Assembly: GCA_004431415.1 (NCBI GenBank)
Contig: QPMI01000544.1
Coordinates: forward strand, 62,001-126,000
Reading direction: 5' to 3'
Source of the DNA: Cyanophora paradoxa CCMP329
Taxonomy: Eukaryota; Plantae; Glaucophyta
Length of the DNA stretch: 64,000 bases
Shown one piece after another: positions 50,700 through 62,153 of this stretch. The position numbers were made by a program, and so were the translations under genes. The notes below the pieces were generated by a model. The model worked only from the letters and a program-made list of their open reading frames with translations. It did no database searches and was not told where the DNA came from. The first letter of the stretch is position 1, and the number at the start of each line of letters is the position of its first letter.

Positions 50700-52878
50700 G
50701 CCTCATAATCCGACAGCGGAGGCCGCACGGTGTCTTGTCGGCGTCGGTGGCGGCGAAGCGGTCCTGGGGCGGGGGTACCCACGCCGGCGCGGGGGCGTCT
50801 CTCGCGCCCTCCTTCGGCGGCGCCGTCGAGTAGACGATGACCTGGGGGAGGGAGGCCAGGCATCAGCATCAAGAGATGAAAGAGCAAGGCCCTTGGCCCA
50901 TAAGATCAAGCTTAAGAATGTCGAGTTGCGTTGTTGTTAGGGCACGGAGCCCCGCTGCACTGGGCACCCGCTCTCTCTCCTGCCCCCCGGCCCCTTCATA
51001 CTTCCGTCAGGCTCGCCCGCCCGCCCGCCCGCGCGCCCACTTGCCTCGCCGCCGTTGTCGTCCAGGCGGTCGTCGTAGCGGGCGAAGCGCGGGCCCTCCG
51101 CCCGGTTCTTGCACTGCGCGGCGCGGCGCGGAAGAGGGTCAGATCCGGAGGGGGGGCGCCGAGGGAGGGCGCGGCGGGGGGAGGAGGAGGAGCAGCTCCC
51201 CGCCCCTAGGCCCTTGCCGCGGAAGGGGCAGAGGGGACGCACGCCGGGGCGGCCGTTGCAGTGGAGGTGCGGGCCGTGCGCCTCCTCCACGGCCTTCGCC
51301 GGGTCCGCCAGGGCCTTGTCCCAGCCCCGGTTCAGGGGAGGCGCAGGGCGGAGGGGAGGGGGCGGAGAACCTTCGGGTGGGCGGTGCGGTCCCGGCACAT
51401 GCAGGGCGGTACCCCCGCCGCGTCGGCCCCCTCCCCCTCCTCCGCATCGTCCGCCGCCCACACGCGGATGTGCCTGCCTCGGGTTCGGTGCCCAGTTCTT
51501 TTTGGGTGGGTACAGAAAGAAATAAACACGCACCGCTCGGAGCCGTACCCGGGGGCGAATTCCTCCTTCGATTCCAGCTCCCACCAGTCCTGCGGGGGGC
51601 GTGACGGGGGTACGGAATCGGCTGGGGGGTACCGTAGAACGCACATCGTTCTCGGGGAAATCGCTCTCGGCGTTGTCGTCTTCGGTCCTACGGGGGGGCG
51701 GAAAGCGTCGGGGACCGGGGGAGGGCGCGGCGAGGGGTACGGGTCGCACTCGCGGTGCGCGGGAACGGACAGGGCGCCATTCCGATCCTGCGAACGAAGG
51801 TGAGCCGAGCGGCGAAAGCCGCGAAGGGGGGGGGGTACGCGAACCTCCCAGTAGGAGGGCGGGCCCAGCGAGAGGTTGTCAAGCCAGCTGCGCGCCTTCT
51901 TGCGGCGGTTCATTCGGCCCTTCGGGCGCCCGCTCTGCAGGTTGTCCTCCTGTACCCCGCTCGGACCGAGCGGAGGGAAGCAGGCGCAGAGGGGTACGCA
52001 CCTCCTGCTGGAAGACGAGGGGCTCATCGGAGGGCGGGGGCGGAGACCCGGCCTCCTCGCGCCAGAGGGCCTCGTCCTTCCGCCGGACCATGGCGTACGT
52101 CCCGCCCTCCGAGCTGCGAGCGAGTTAGGCGTGGCAGAGACCACGCGAGGAGGGGGGGTACGCGACGCACCGGGAGACGAACTCGCGGAGGTCGTCGCGC
52201 TTCTCGTACATGCTCGGGATCGCGCGCGAGGCGTCCCCAGAAGGCTCCTTCCGCAGCCGCAGCGCTTCCGTCTCTTCTTGCGGCCCCGAACCCTCCGCCT
52301 CCCCGTGCGGAAATCTGCTGAGCGCGGGCGGCGTTGAGGAAGCGGCGACCGGCGATCGAATTCGAATTCGAAGCCGGGGGCACCCGTCGGCGACGCGCGT
52401 GATCATCTCTTGGTCGCCAATGGTCGAAACCTGCTCGACGAGCTCGTCGAAGTCCCCGAAATCCTCGTCGATGTCGATCTCGTCCGCAGAGCGCCCAAAG
52501 CTGAAGTCCGCATCCCCGCCCGGCCGCTGCTCGCACGAGACCTGCAGCTGCGTCGGACGAATCTGCAGCAACGTTAGAAACCGAATCTGGCTTCCCCTCG
52601 CTAGGACGTGCGCAAAGGCCGGATGGGTGGGCAGCCAGGGGAGAGCGGCAACGCACCTGGGCCACGCCGCCCTGCGAGAAGAAGCTGCGAGACGCATGGC
52701 CGGAGAAGAAGAAGCGCTGATTGGAACGGAGACGTGCACTGACGGGCCGCCGCCGCCCGGCCGCCGGAGGGACGGGACAAATCGCATGAGCGGAAGGGGC
52801 GCCGTCGCGTACGCCAGGAAGTTCTTCCCGCGTACGCTCCAGAGGCGGCGGGTGCGCGCTCACGAAGGCCGGCTGCAT
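50700..52878 (-). CDS. Unknown acidic multi-exon protein, possibly organelle-targeted; 3' end uncertain
   Basis: Chain of short exons with GT/AG and C-rich introns (EIDIDEDFGDFDELVEQ, SWLDNLSLGPPSYWE, DWWELESKEEF). The start MQPAFVS resembles Phe-containing algal transit peptides. Confidence 0.55.
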
Positions 52879-53174
52879 GCTGGATAAGATTCTCGCCCGA
52901 AGGGCCGCGACGGCAGACGCCGGCTTCTTGCTGTCGTGCTAGCTGTTCTGAAGTCCGAATAGCTTCAGTTGAGGGCTGTGGCGAAGCCCGCAACGACGAG
53001 CTCAAAGTTTCCGGGGTACGATGCAATTCAATTTCGGCAGCGAGCGACTTCGAGAGACGGCATTGTAGCAGCGCAGCTTGCGAGGAGTGAGCAGACCTTT
53101 GACCAGCATCCAGCATTCTTCGCGGGATCCAGGACGGTGATTGAGGCCTGGCGGACCTCAGCTAGCCGGTAGCG

Positions 53175-54664
53175 ATGTGGAGCGTCATCAGGAAGCGGCA
53201 GGGTGCGACATGTGGAGCCTGCCGCTGACAGAGATAGCACACCGGCCGCCGCCGGGGCGCGCGGCTGACCCTCAAGCAGGTCTGGAGTATCCTCTCAACA
53301 GGGAACACGAGGAGGGTTGGAAAGAGGGAGTGAACAGACAAGATGCGTTCACGGAGAACGCGGAGCACTTCGCTCGCTTCGAGGTGGCGGCGAACCCGAA
53401 GCCGCAGGACCCGACTTCGGTCAACCTCGCCTACGGGGACTTCGCCTACCCGAAGCTCGTGCGCCGGCGCTAGCTACGACGCCGCGGCGAGCGCCCGGCG
53501 ACCCACCCGAGCCCGCCCCGCGCAGGTGCGGCAGATTGAGGACGAGCTGCTCGTCATCCGGCAGAAGGCGCTCTCGCGCCTCGCGCTCCTCACGAGGAAG
53601 TACGAGCACGTCATGAAGCTCATCGAGGCCGGTGCGCCGCCGCCGCCGCCCGCCGCCGCGCCCGCCCGCCGCCGCCGCGCCGACCGCCGCCGACCGCCGG
53701 TGCCGCAGGGGCGACGGCGGCGCTGACGCGGCTGCTGCGGGACCGGGACGCGACGGTGCGGAGGATAACGTGCGAAGCGCTTTACTACTTCGCGGAGCAC
53801 AAGCAGGGCGTCGCCGACTTCGTGGACAACTTTACGCTGGAGGCCATGCTCCCGCTCCTCCACGACGAGGACGTGGGTGTGAGGAGGCAGCTGCACGCCG
53901 CCGTGCACATGGCGAGCGCCAGCGAGCGCGGCGCGCGCCAGCTCCTGCACGCCAAGTACATGCCCACCGTCGTCGAGAAGCTCCTCTCCGACGTCGACGA
54001 CATCAAGGTGCCGCACCCGTACCCCCCGCCCGCTTCCTCCCCCGTCGCCCCGCCGACCCTCGGGGGGGGGTACAGGAGAAGCTGCTGGAGACGACGGCGC
54101 GGCTGGTGGCGTACGAGGAGGGTACGACGGCGGCCATCGCGCACAGGGGCGTACCCGCCCTCGTCTCCCTCCTCCGGCACGGGGACGCCCCCGTCCGCGA
54201 GGGGGCCGTCCGCTGCCTCGGACTCATCTGGTACCCCCCCCCTCCGCCCCGCCTGCTCCCTTCCCCGCACGCTCGAGCCCCGGCGCAGCCAGTTCAAGGA
54301 GGGCAAGCTGGCCTGCCTCGCCCCGGAGCTCGGCACGGTGCGCCTAGCCGCCCCGCCCCGCGCCCCGAGGCGCCGCGTGAACGAACGCTCGTCCGCCCGC
54401 TCTCGCGCGCAGACGAACGCGCTGGTGAACCTGCTGGAGGACCCTTCGCCCCCCGTGCGGCGCGAGGCGGCCGGCGCCCTCATGGCGACCACCATCGAGA
54501 TCCTCGGCAAGAACGAGGTACCCCCCGCAGGCCGCCTTCCCCTCAGCCAGCCGCCGCATCGCCGACCGGCGCCTTCCCAGGTCGTGTCGGCCGTGGGCGT
54601 CGTACCCCTGCTCCTCGCCCTCGTCACGAGCGAGGACACGACGGCCGCCCGCAATGCGATCCAG
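53175..54664 (+). CDS. RSPH14: Radial spoke head protein 14-like ARM/HEAT-repeat protein, lacking its final exon(s)
   Basis: DPTSVNLAYGDFAYPKL..IRQKAL and LLEDPSPPVRREAAGALMATT..GK match the RSPH14 pattern. The last visible exon ends AARNAIQ|GT and no continuation is seen. Confidence 0.75.
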
Positions 54665-54698
54665 GTCCGCCGCGCCCCGCCACGCCCGCCCGCCCGCC

Positions 54699-54757
54699 TT
54701 GGTTAGAGCGCATCCTTAGTAAGGATGAGGTCGGTGGTTCGAATCCGCCTAGAGGCT
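54699..54757 (+). pseudogene. 5'-truncated tRNA-Thr(AGT)
   Basis: D-loop/3' D-stem TTGGTTAGAGC, anticodon arm CATCC-TTAGTAA-GGATG, T arm GGTGG-TTCGAAT-CCGCC, acceptor 3' strand TAGAGGC+T, then a T-run. The 5' acceptor strand and 5' D-stem are missing. Confidence 0.85.
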
Positions 54758-54778
54758 TTTCATCCCAAGTGGATGGCT

Positions 54779-54799
54779 GTTCGAATCCTGACGGGCCCT
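54779..54799 (+). pseudogene. Possible second tRNA 3' fragment
   Basis: GTTCGAAT-CCTGA-CGGGCCC-T followed by CTTTTT has T-loop, 3' T-stem and acceptor spacing. Confidence 0.45.
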
Positions 54800-55921
54800 C
54801 TTTTTCCAACACGCCTCCATTCATTTGGTACTACGGTAGCGCAGCGGGGAAGCTGGGCTTGCGCAACTAGTCTGGACTCTGGGGCCTGGCCAGGGCCTTT
54901 CACTGGTTCAGCTGGTAGCGCAGCGGGGAAGCGCCTATGCATATATGGGCCATATGCATGTCAGCCTCGATCGGGCCCTGACTCGTGAGCTGCCAGGCTG
55001 AGTATCAGGGGTATGACAGGCCGGAAACCCTCTTTTCCAGATGTCCCAGAACTGTATGATTTTAAAAAAGGAGTTCGCGGTGTCTGAGGGGCTTCGTTTG
55101 TGCAAAAGCATGGAGCATTATACGACTAGACCCGATATCTTTGCAGCCAGGCGGCGTCTATGAACTGGGCTCCGTATGGTCGACCTTGCAACCACGCACA
55201 AGCGCTAGCACGCAGTTCTGGGCGCCGCAAGCAGCTGCGACATGAGGCGCAGGCCAAAACGCAACGTTTCAGCTAGTTAGCCCGCCGCTTAGAGTGACGA
55301 CGTCGACAGGCGGCCGCAAGGGGGGTACGCATTGCAGTCAGCAAGCACGACGTCACTCTGCGCCCGCAGACCGTCGGACTCTGCAGGCGCAGCGCTAGCA
55401 CCGCACGTGAGCAGCTGTGCGGCCGGCCGCACGCATGTGATCGTGAGCAGCTCTGCTTGAAAATCGCGAGCTCGTTATGATTAGCAGCTATAGGACGCGG
55501 AGCGGCAAGCGCACTATAGAGCTAGAACAAGTATACAGCATAAGGAATCTATATTAGCTACACGCGCGCATTTGCCGCCCTCTCGCTCGCGTGTGCACGT
55601 ACGCGTGGTCATTTGACCACACAGCATGCGCAGCATATGCATATCGCGCAGCTGCAGCTGCAACTTGCAACCGAGAGCCGGACACTTAGCAGCTCATCTA
55701 ACACTGTGAGTCGCCTTACTTTGAAGCTACATAAACTGCCTAACTTGCTCGCAGCGCTAATCCAATCGCTCTCTGTGGCGTGTGGCCAATTGGCCACACA
55801 GCAGCTGAACAGAGAAGCGAGCCTTTTCACGGCGCAACGCGATCAACCGGCGAACGAAAGCGCATGCCGGTACTAATTGCATACTTTCCTTGCTTCCTTC
55901 TCTTAAAAACCCATCAGCAGC

Positions 55922-58003
55922 GGGCCCGCCCCCCTCTCCCTGCCCCCCGGCCGCCCCGCAACCAGGTACCCCCCTTGGGCGCTCCCGGCCGGGGTCCCCC
56001 CCTAGGCTCGGCCCCTCGGGCGCGCTAGCGGCGGGCCCGCGCGCCGTCGCCGTCGCTTTAATCCTGACATCGAATTCTCGGCCGCAGTGAGCCCGCCCCT
56101 GCCCCCCGGCCGCCCCGCAACCAGGTACCCCCTTGGGCGCTGCCGGCCGGGGTCCCCCCCTAGGCTCGGCCCCTCGGGCGCGCTAGCGGCGGGCCCCGCG
56201 CGCCGTCGCCGTCGCTTTAATCCTGACATCGAATTCTCGGCCGCAGTGAGCCCGCCCCCTGCCCCCGGCCGCCCCGCAACCAGGTACCCCCTTGGGCGCT
56301 CCCGGCCGGGGTCCCCGCCTAGGCTCGGCCCCTCGGGCGCGCTAGCGGCGGGCCCCGCGCGCCGTCGCCGTCGCTTTAATCCTGACATCGAATTCTCGGC
56401 CGCAGTGAGCCCGCCCCCTGCCCCCCGGCCGCCCCGCAACCAGGTACCCCCCTTGGGCGCTCCCGGCCGGGGTCCCCCCTAGGCTCGGCCCCTCGGGCGC
56501 GCTAGCGGCGGGCCCCGCGCGCCGTCGCCGTCGCTTTAATCCTGACATCGAATTCTCGGCCGCAGTGAGCCCGCCCCCTGCCCCCGGCCGCCCCGCAACC
56601 AGGTACCCCCTTGGGCGCTCCCGGCCGGGGTCCCCCCTAGGCTCGGCCCCTCGGGCGCGCTAGCGGCGGGCCCCGCGCGCCGTCGCCGTCGCTTTAATCC
56701 TGACATCGAATTCTCGGCCGCAGTGAGCCCGCCCCCTGCCCCCCGGCCGCCCCGCAACCAGGTACCCCCCTTGGGCGCTCCCGGCCGGGGTCCCCCCTAG
56801 GCTCGGCCCTCGGGCGCGCTAGCGGCGGGCCCCGCGCGCCGTCGCCGTCGCTTTAATCCTGACATCGAATTCTCGGCCGCAGTGAGCCCGCCCCTGCCCC
56901 CCGGCCGCCCCGCAACCAGGTACCCCCTTGGGCGCTCCCGGCCGGGGTCCCCCCTAGGCTCGGCCCTCGGGCGCGCTAGCGGCGGGCCCCGCGCGCCGTC
57001 GCCGTCGCTTTAATCCTGACATCGAATTCTCGGCCGCAGTGAGCCCGCCCCTGCCCCCCGGCCGCCCCGCAACCAGGTACCCCCCTTGGGCGCTCCCGGC
57101 CGGGGTCCCCCCCTAGGCTCGGCCCCTCGGGCGCGCTAGCGGCGGGCCCCGCGCGCCGTCGCCGTCGCTTTAATCCTGACATCGAATTCTCGGCCGCAGT
57201 GAGCCCGCCCCCTGCCCCCCCGGCCGCCCCGCAACCAGGTACCCCCCTTGGGCGCTCCCGGCCGGGGTCCCCCCCTAGGCTCGGCCCCTCGGGCGCGCTA
57301 GCGGCGGGCCCCGCGCGCCGTCGCCGTCGCTTTAATCCTGACATCGAATTCTCGGCCGCAGTGAGCCCGCCCCCTGCCCCCGGCCGCCCCGCAACCAGGT
57401 ACCCCCCTTGGGCGCTGCCGGCCGGGGTCCCCCCCTAGGCTCGGCCCCTCGGGCGCGCTAGCGGCGGGCCCCGCGCGCCGTCGCCGTCGCTTTAATCCTG
57501 ACATCGAATTCTCGGCCGCAGTGAGCCCGCCCCCTGCCCCCCGGCCGCCCCGCAACCAGGTACCCCCCTTGGGCGCTCCCGGCCGGGGTCCCCCCTAGGC
57601 TCGGCCCCTCGGGCGCGCTAGCGGCGGGCCCCGCGCGCCGTCGCCGTCGCTTTAATCCTGACATCGAATTCTCGGCCGCAGTGAGCCCGCCCCTGCCCCC
57701 CGGCCGCCCCGCAACCAGGTACCCCCCTTGGGCGCTCCCGGCCGGGGTCCCCCCTAGGCTCGGCCCCTCGGGCGCGCTAGCGGCGGGCCCCGCGCGCCGT
57801 CGCCGTCGCTTTAATCCTGACATCGAATTCTCGGCCGCAGTGAGCCCGCCCCCTGCCCCCCGGCCGCCCCGCAACCAGGTACCCCCCTTGGGCGCTCCCG
57901 GCCGGGGTCCCCCCCTAGGCTCGGCCCCTCGGGCGCGCTAGCGGCGGGCCCCGCGCGCCGTCGCCGTCGCTTTAATCCTGACATCGAATTCTCGGCCGCA
58001 GAG
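55922..58003 (+). repeat. Homogeneous GC-rich satellite, about 160-bp unit x13
   Basis: GAATTC recurs at 56072, 56231, 56390, 56550, 56708, 56867, 57024, 57184, 57346, 57506, 57666, 57825 and 57986. Confidence 0.98.
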
Positions 58004-58845
58004 AGCCTCCCCCCCCCACCCACCCCTGCCCACCCCTCCGTTTATGTTATGATGTGAATAATGTACGAGTGAACTCTCGACGACTTCAAGGCTTTTAAGT
58101 AGCTGGCTGACGGTGCCACTGTGGTCTGTCCTAGTGGAATCGTCCGGGCATGGAGCCGTCATTCACAGTATACGTGGGGGCACTAAGCAGCACTAGCTAT
58201 ATAGGCAGCACTAGGCAGCACTGTGGCACAAAATCTAATTACTACACGCGAGTTCCAGTGAATGGGTGATATATTAGGCTTATATTAGTCTTTATAAGCG
58301 ATATACATGCTTATGTTGAGTGCTCATCGAGAGTCCAACCAAGGTCATTCATCATGATGACTGAGTTGGGTGATGATCAGTTGATGTGTTTGAGAGCTCG
58401 TTGAACGATTTATCGGATTTCCATTAAGCGGGAGGATATCCGAGCCCGATACATGGCATGTATTCTGAAAGCGCTTTTTATTGTCGTTCACATGATATGC
58501 TTGAGTCTTATTGATCTGAATTCCATCCAGAGATAATCAGCTATAAATGATCCAACCCCTCCTGTGCACCCCCCCACAACCTCGAGGCCCGCCTCTTGCC
58601 TGCCGCCCGGAGACCTCGGCTCATCTTAAAGATTCGGCATCCTCGTTCATAGTATGTTGCTTTTCAGTGCTCCGATTCGGGCGCGGGGCCTGCCCTGGGG
58701 TGGCCAGGCGCGGTTCATCGGGCCCAACACCTCATGCGCCCCCATCACTACCTTGCAATTGAGGCGGGCCTTTCGTCTTGCGCCCGGGGCCCCGGGCTCA
58801 TCTTCTACATTATATATCTCTGTTCCCCGTATTTTTGTTTCGCAC

Positions 58846-59280
58846 AGCGTTCAGGGGGCGGCGGGGGCAGGGGGGGTGGGTCCCTGCGCGCGCGGCGGTC
58901 AGACCCAGGCCATATTTAGAATCGCTATCCGTCGACGCGCGCTTGTAGGGCCCTCGCCGGGCCATCGGCTGGCGGGGAGCGCGGCCCGGGGCTCGCACCA
59001 GGGGTACCGGGTTCAGGGGGCGGCGGGGGCAGGGGGAGGGTCCCTGCGCGCGCGGCGGTCAGACCCAGGCCATATTTAGAATCGCTATCCGTCGACGCGC
59101 GCTTGTAGGGCCCTCGCCGGGCCATCGGCTGGCGGGGAGCGCGGTCCGGGGCTCGCACCAGGGGTACAGCGTTCAGGGGGCGGCGGGGGCAGGGGGTGGG
59201 TCCCTGCGCGCGCGGCGGTCAGACCCAGGCCATATTTAGAATCTCTATCCGTCGAAGCGCGCTTGTAGCGCCCTCGGCGG
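58846..59280 (+). repeat. Tandem repeat, about 161-bp unit x about 2.7
   Basis: GTTCAGGGGGCGGCGGGGGCAGGGGG at about 58849, 59011 and 59171. Confidence 0.95.
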
Positions 59281-62153
59281 GCCTCGATGCGCGAGATTTG
59301 AGCAGCGCGCGAGCGCGCGGGCCGGCGCCCGGGAGCGCAATTGCAAGCGCGTTGCGCGCTCGCGCAACGGAAGCCATATCGCGATCGGCGGGAGCATTGC
59401 GCGGGTGCCGGTCGCGCGCGGGTTCTCACACTGGGCCTCGAGCTCGCGCTTGCCCGCAGTCGACGTCCGCGTGGCCCGGCGCAACTGCCACCTGTGAGCA
59501 CGTGGCTCCGCTCGCGCGCTCGAGCTCGCCGCTCGCGCACAGCGCTCGCGCGCTCGCGGCGCAACAGCCAACTGTGTCGCTCGCTGAGGCTGGTTGGCTG
59601 GAAACTGCTTCGATGCATGATGTATGAGCGCACCTTCTGCCTACCGAGCTCCCGGACGAATGCTGCCGGCTTGCCGAGGGGGGGGGGGGTGGCGGGGGGT
59701 ATCAGTTCTCGCCAGCTCCCGCAGCTGACGGGGACCGCGCCGGGCCCCAGCTTGTGGCTGCAAAAGAACGCATATGCGCCGCGCATGCACGCCTTGCTCG
59801 CTAGACCCGCCGTAAGCGCCCCAGTGCTGAGCAGCACGCGGACGCCGCGACGTATATGGGATGACCACTGCTGGCGAGCTCCCGCGCATTTGCAATAGAT
59901 GTACAGCATGCCATACACCACTCCTGCTTGCATATTTACGCCCCCTGCGCCCCGCACTCGATACACACACGGCATATACATACTTCATAGGATTGGCGCA
60001 TTAGAACGCTAGTATTACCGGCCTGTCTAGCCCCTCGCAGCTGAGCGCCTGAGTCTCATGATCAGTGAGCCAGCACTAGCGCTAGCCTCGCCTCGATCGC
60101 GATGTCAGATCGACAGCTGCAGCCTGCAGCTGCATGCCGCAGTGCATGCGCATGCGCAGCGCAGGCGCCGCCGCGCGCGCGCCGCACCGGCAGCGCTAGC
60201 GGGCGCCGGGCGGCTCGTGCACGTGACCGCGCGCAAAAGCATAGCGGCTCGAGCTCGCGATCGATATCGTGGGCGCCGATTGCGCGCGCGCGCGCGCGCG
60301 CCAGCCGGCCGCAGCTTAGAATTCTTTAGCTCATGATACGCACGATCGGGCGATCGGCTCCTCGGCTTCTTAGATCAGCTCCTTCAGATTGACTAGTACT
60401 GCACGCACTAGTGCCAGCTTCAGCTGCCGCAGTGCAGCGAGTGCAAGCCGCGCGCGGCCGCGGCCGGCCGGCGGCCGTACACGTTCGCCGCGCGCAACTG
60501 CAGCTGATGCATATGATCATGACAGCTGCAGGCCGAGCTGTAGCAAGCGCTCGGCCGCGGGCATGCATATGCATGCATATGGGTTCCGGCCATGGCCAGC
60601 GATTTCAACCAGCCAGCGCTGCGGGTTTGCTTGCGATTGTACATGTACTTCTCGTTCTCGAGCTCGGCATTGCCCCCGCTCTCGGCCGCGGCCTGCATCA
60701 TACATATGGCCATGGCCCGAGACAAGCCGCGGCCGCCGTTGCCGGTGCTACGAATACGAATACAACGCTAGCTGCGCATGCAGCTGGCAATGGGGATCCC
60801 GCGGCCGACGCGCCGGCACGGAAGTCACGCGAGCTCCATGCATATGCATATGGCCACAACGTTGACGTTGATCATGATCATTACTTCATCGGCTACTTTC
60901 GCTCTGAATGGCGCGCCGGGCGCGCCCCGGAAGCTATAGAGTCCTGTGTACATGTGCCGGTATGTTGATTTGACGTTGCCGCAAGTTGCTATAGCATATA
61001 GCTAAGTATACGGCGCGGATCTTAATTAAAATTTGGCGCCGACATATGTCGCGACTGACATCCGAAAGCAGGATCGTGCGGACCTCGCGATCGACGTCGG
61101 CGTGCGGACCTCGCGATCGACGTCGGCGCAGAATCCGACGCAGCGGATGACGCGCGAATTCGAAGCTGATGCAGATGGTGCGTCATAATCAGGCAGCTGC
61201 AGCCAGCGTTGCAGTACTCGATTTCTGACTTCTAGCCGCGCGCGTGCGCCTCGTATACCTAGACCTAGCAGTGGATCGCGATCGTCACCGGAGCTCGTGG
61301 ATCGAGTTTGAGGAGATCGTGGACGAGCTGCCCTTCATGTGCTCAGCGGCCGCAGCTGCAGCCGCAGACCTCGGATCCGGATCGGCACCCGAATTTCGCC
61401 TGCGGTTCTTGCTGAGGAGGCGGGCGGCCGCGGACCCGGTCGCCGCGCTCCCTGTGGACGGCTTGCTGTCCTCATCATGCGAGCCTCCACTACTAAGGAT
61501 CGAGGCGCGCGCCGGATCGCCAGCAGCAGCAGCCGTGGTCGCATGGCGCCCTAGAGCGCTGTTAGCCCCTTGCCCTGACGCACCCCCCCTTCGTGTGGAG
61601 AAACCTGCGTCTTCCTCTGCCTCGGGCTCCGCAAGCGAGACTCTGCAGTTTGAAATCCCCGCATCATCTGTCTCCCTTGAGGTGCACGTGCCCGTATGCA
61701 CCACCCGAAGTCAAATATAAATGCAGCTCCGAGGCTCAGTGGATAATTTCATAATTATATATATTTATTATATAAATCATTCTATCGCTGCGGCTAATTA
61801 TAATATATATAACGCCAAGGATCCCTCGTATATATATATATACATATGCTCTGTCTGATCTTCGAATTCCATGCGGCTTCGCACATCACATTTTATCTTC
61901 CTCAGGATCTCTTCGATCACGTGCTCATTGAATACACGGAAATTGTTCCAATGCCGGCGCCATCTAGGCCTATGCTTTCCTCCAGTTCAAGCCCGAAGAG
62001 TCCCTCGCGGACCCTCTCTGAATCGACATCCGGCTCCGATGCAGGTTTGCATTCCCTCCTCCCCATCCCCCTTCCCCCCCCCCTCCCTCCCCCCCCCCCC
62101 CCCCCCCCCCCCCCCCCGCCTGCGGCCACGAACCACTTTCGACACAAATGCAG

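Noticed and set aside
55922-58003. Satellite as a coding exon-intron repeat (GTGAG..CAG, GTACC..TAG, RFNPDIEFSAA)
   Set aside because: There are no flanking gene parts and unit lengths vary freely. The splice-like words are common in this genome.
58040-58530. Box C/D snoRNA cluster suggested by several ATGATG and CTGA motifs
   Set aside because: I could not identify terminal stems or a convincing rRNA-antisense guide.
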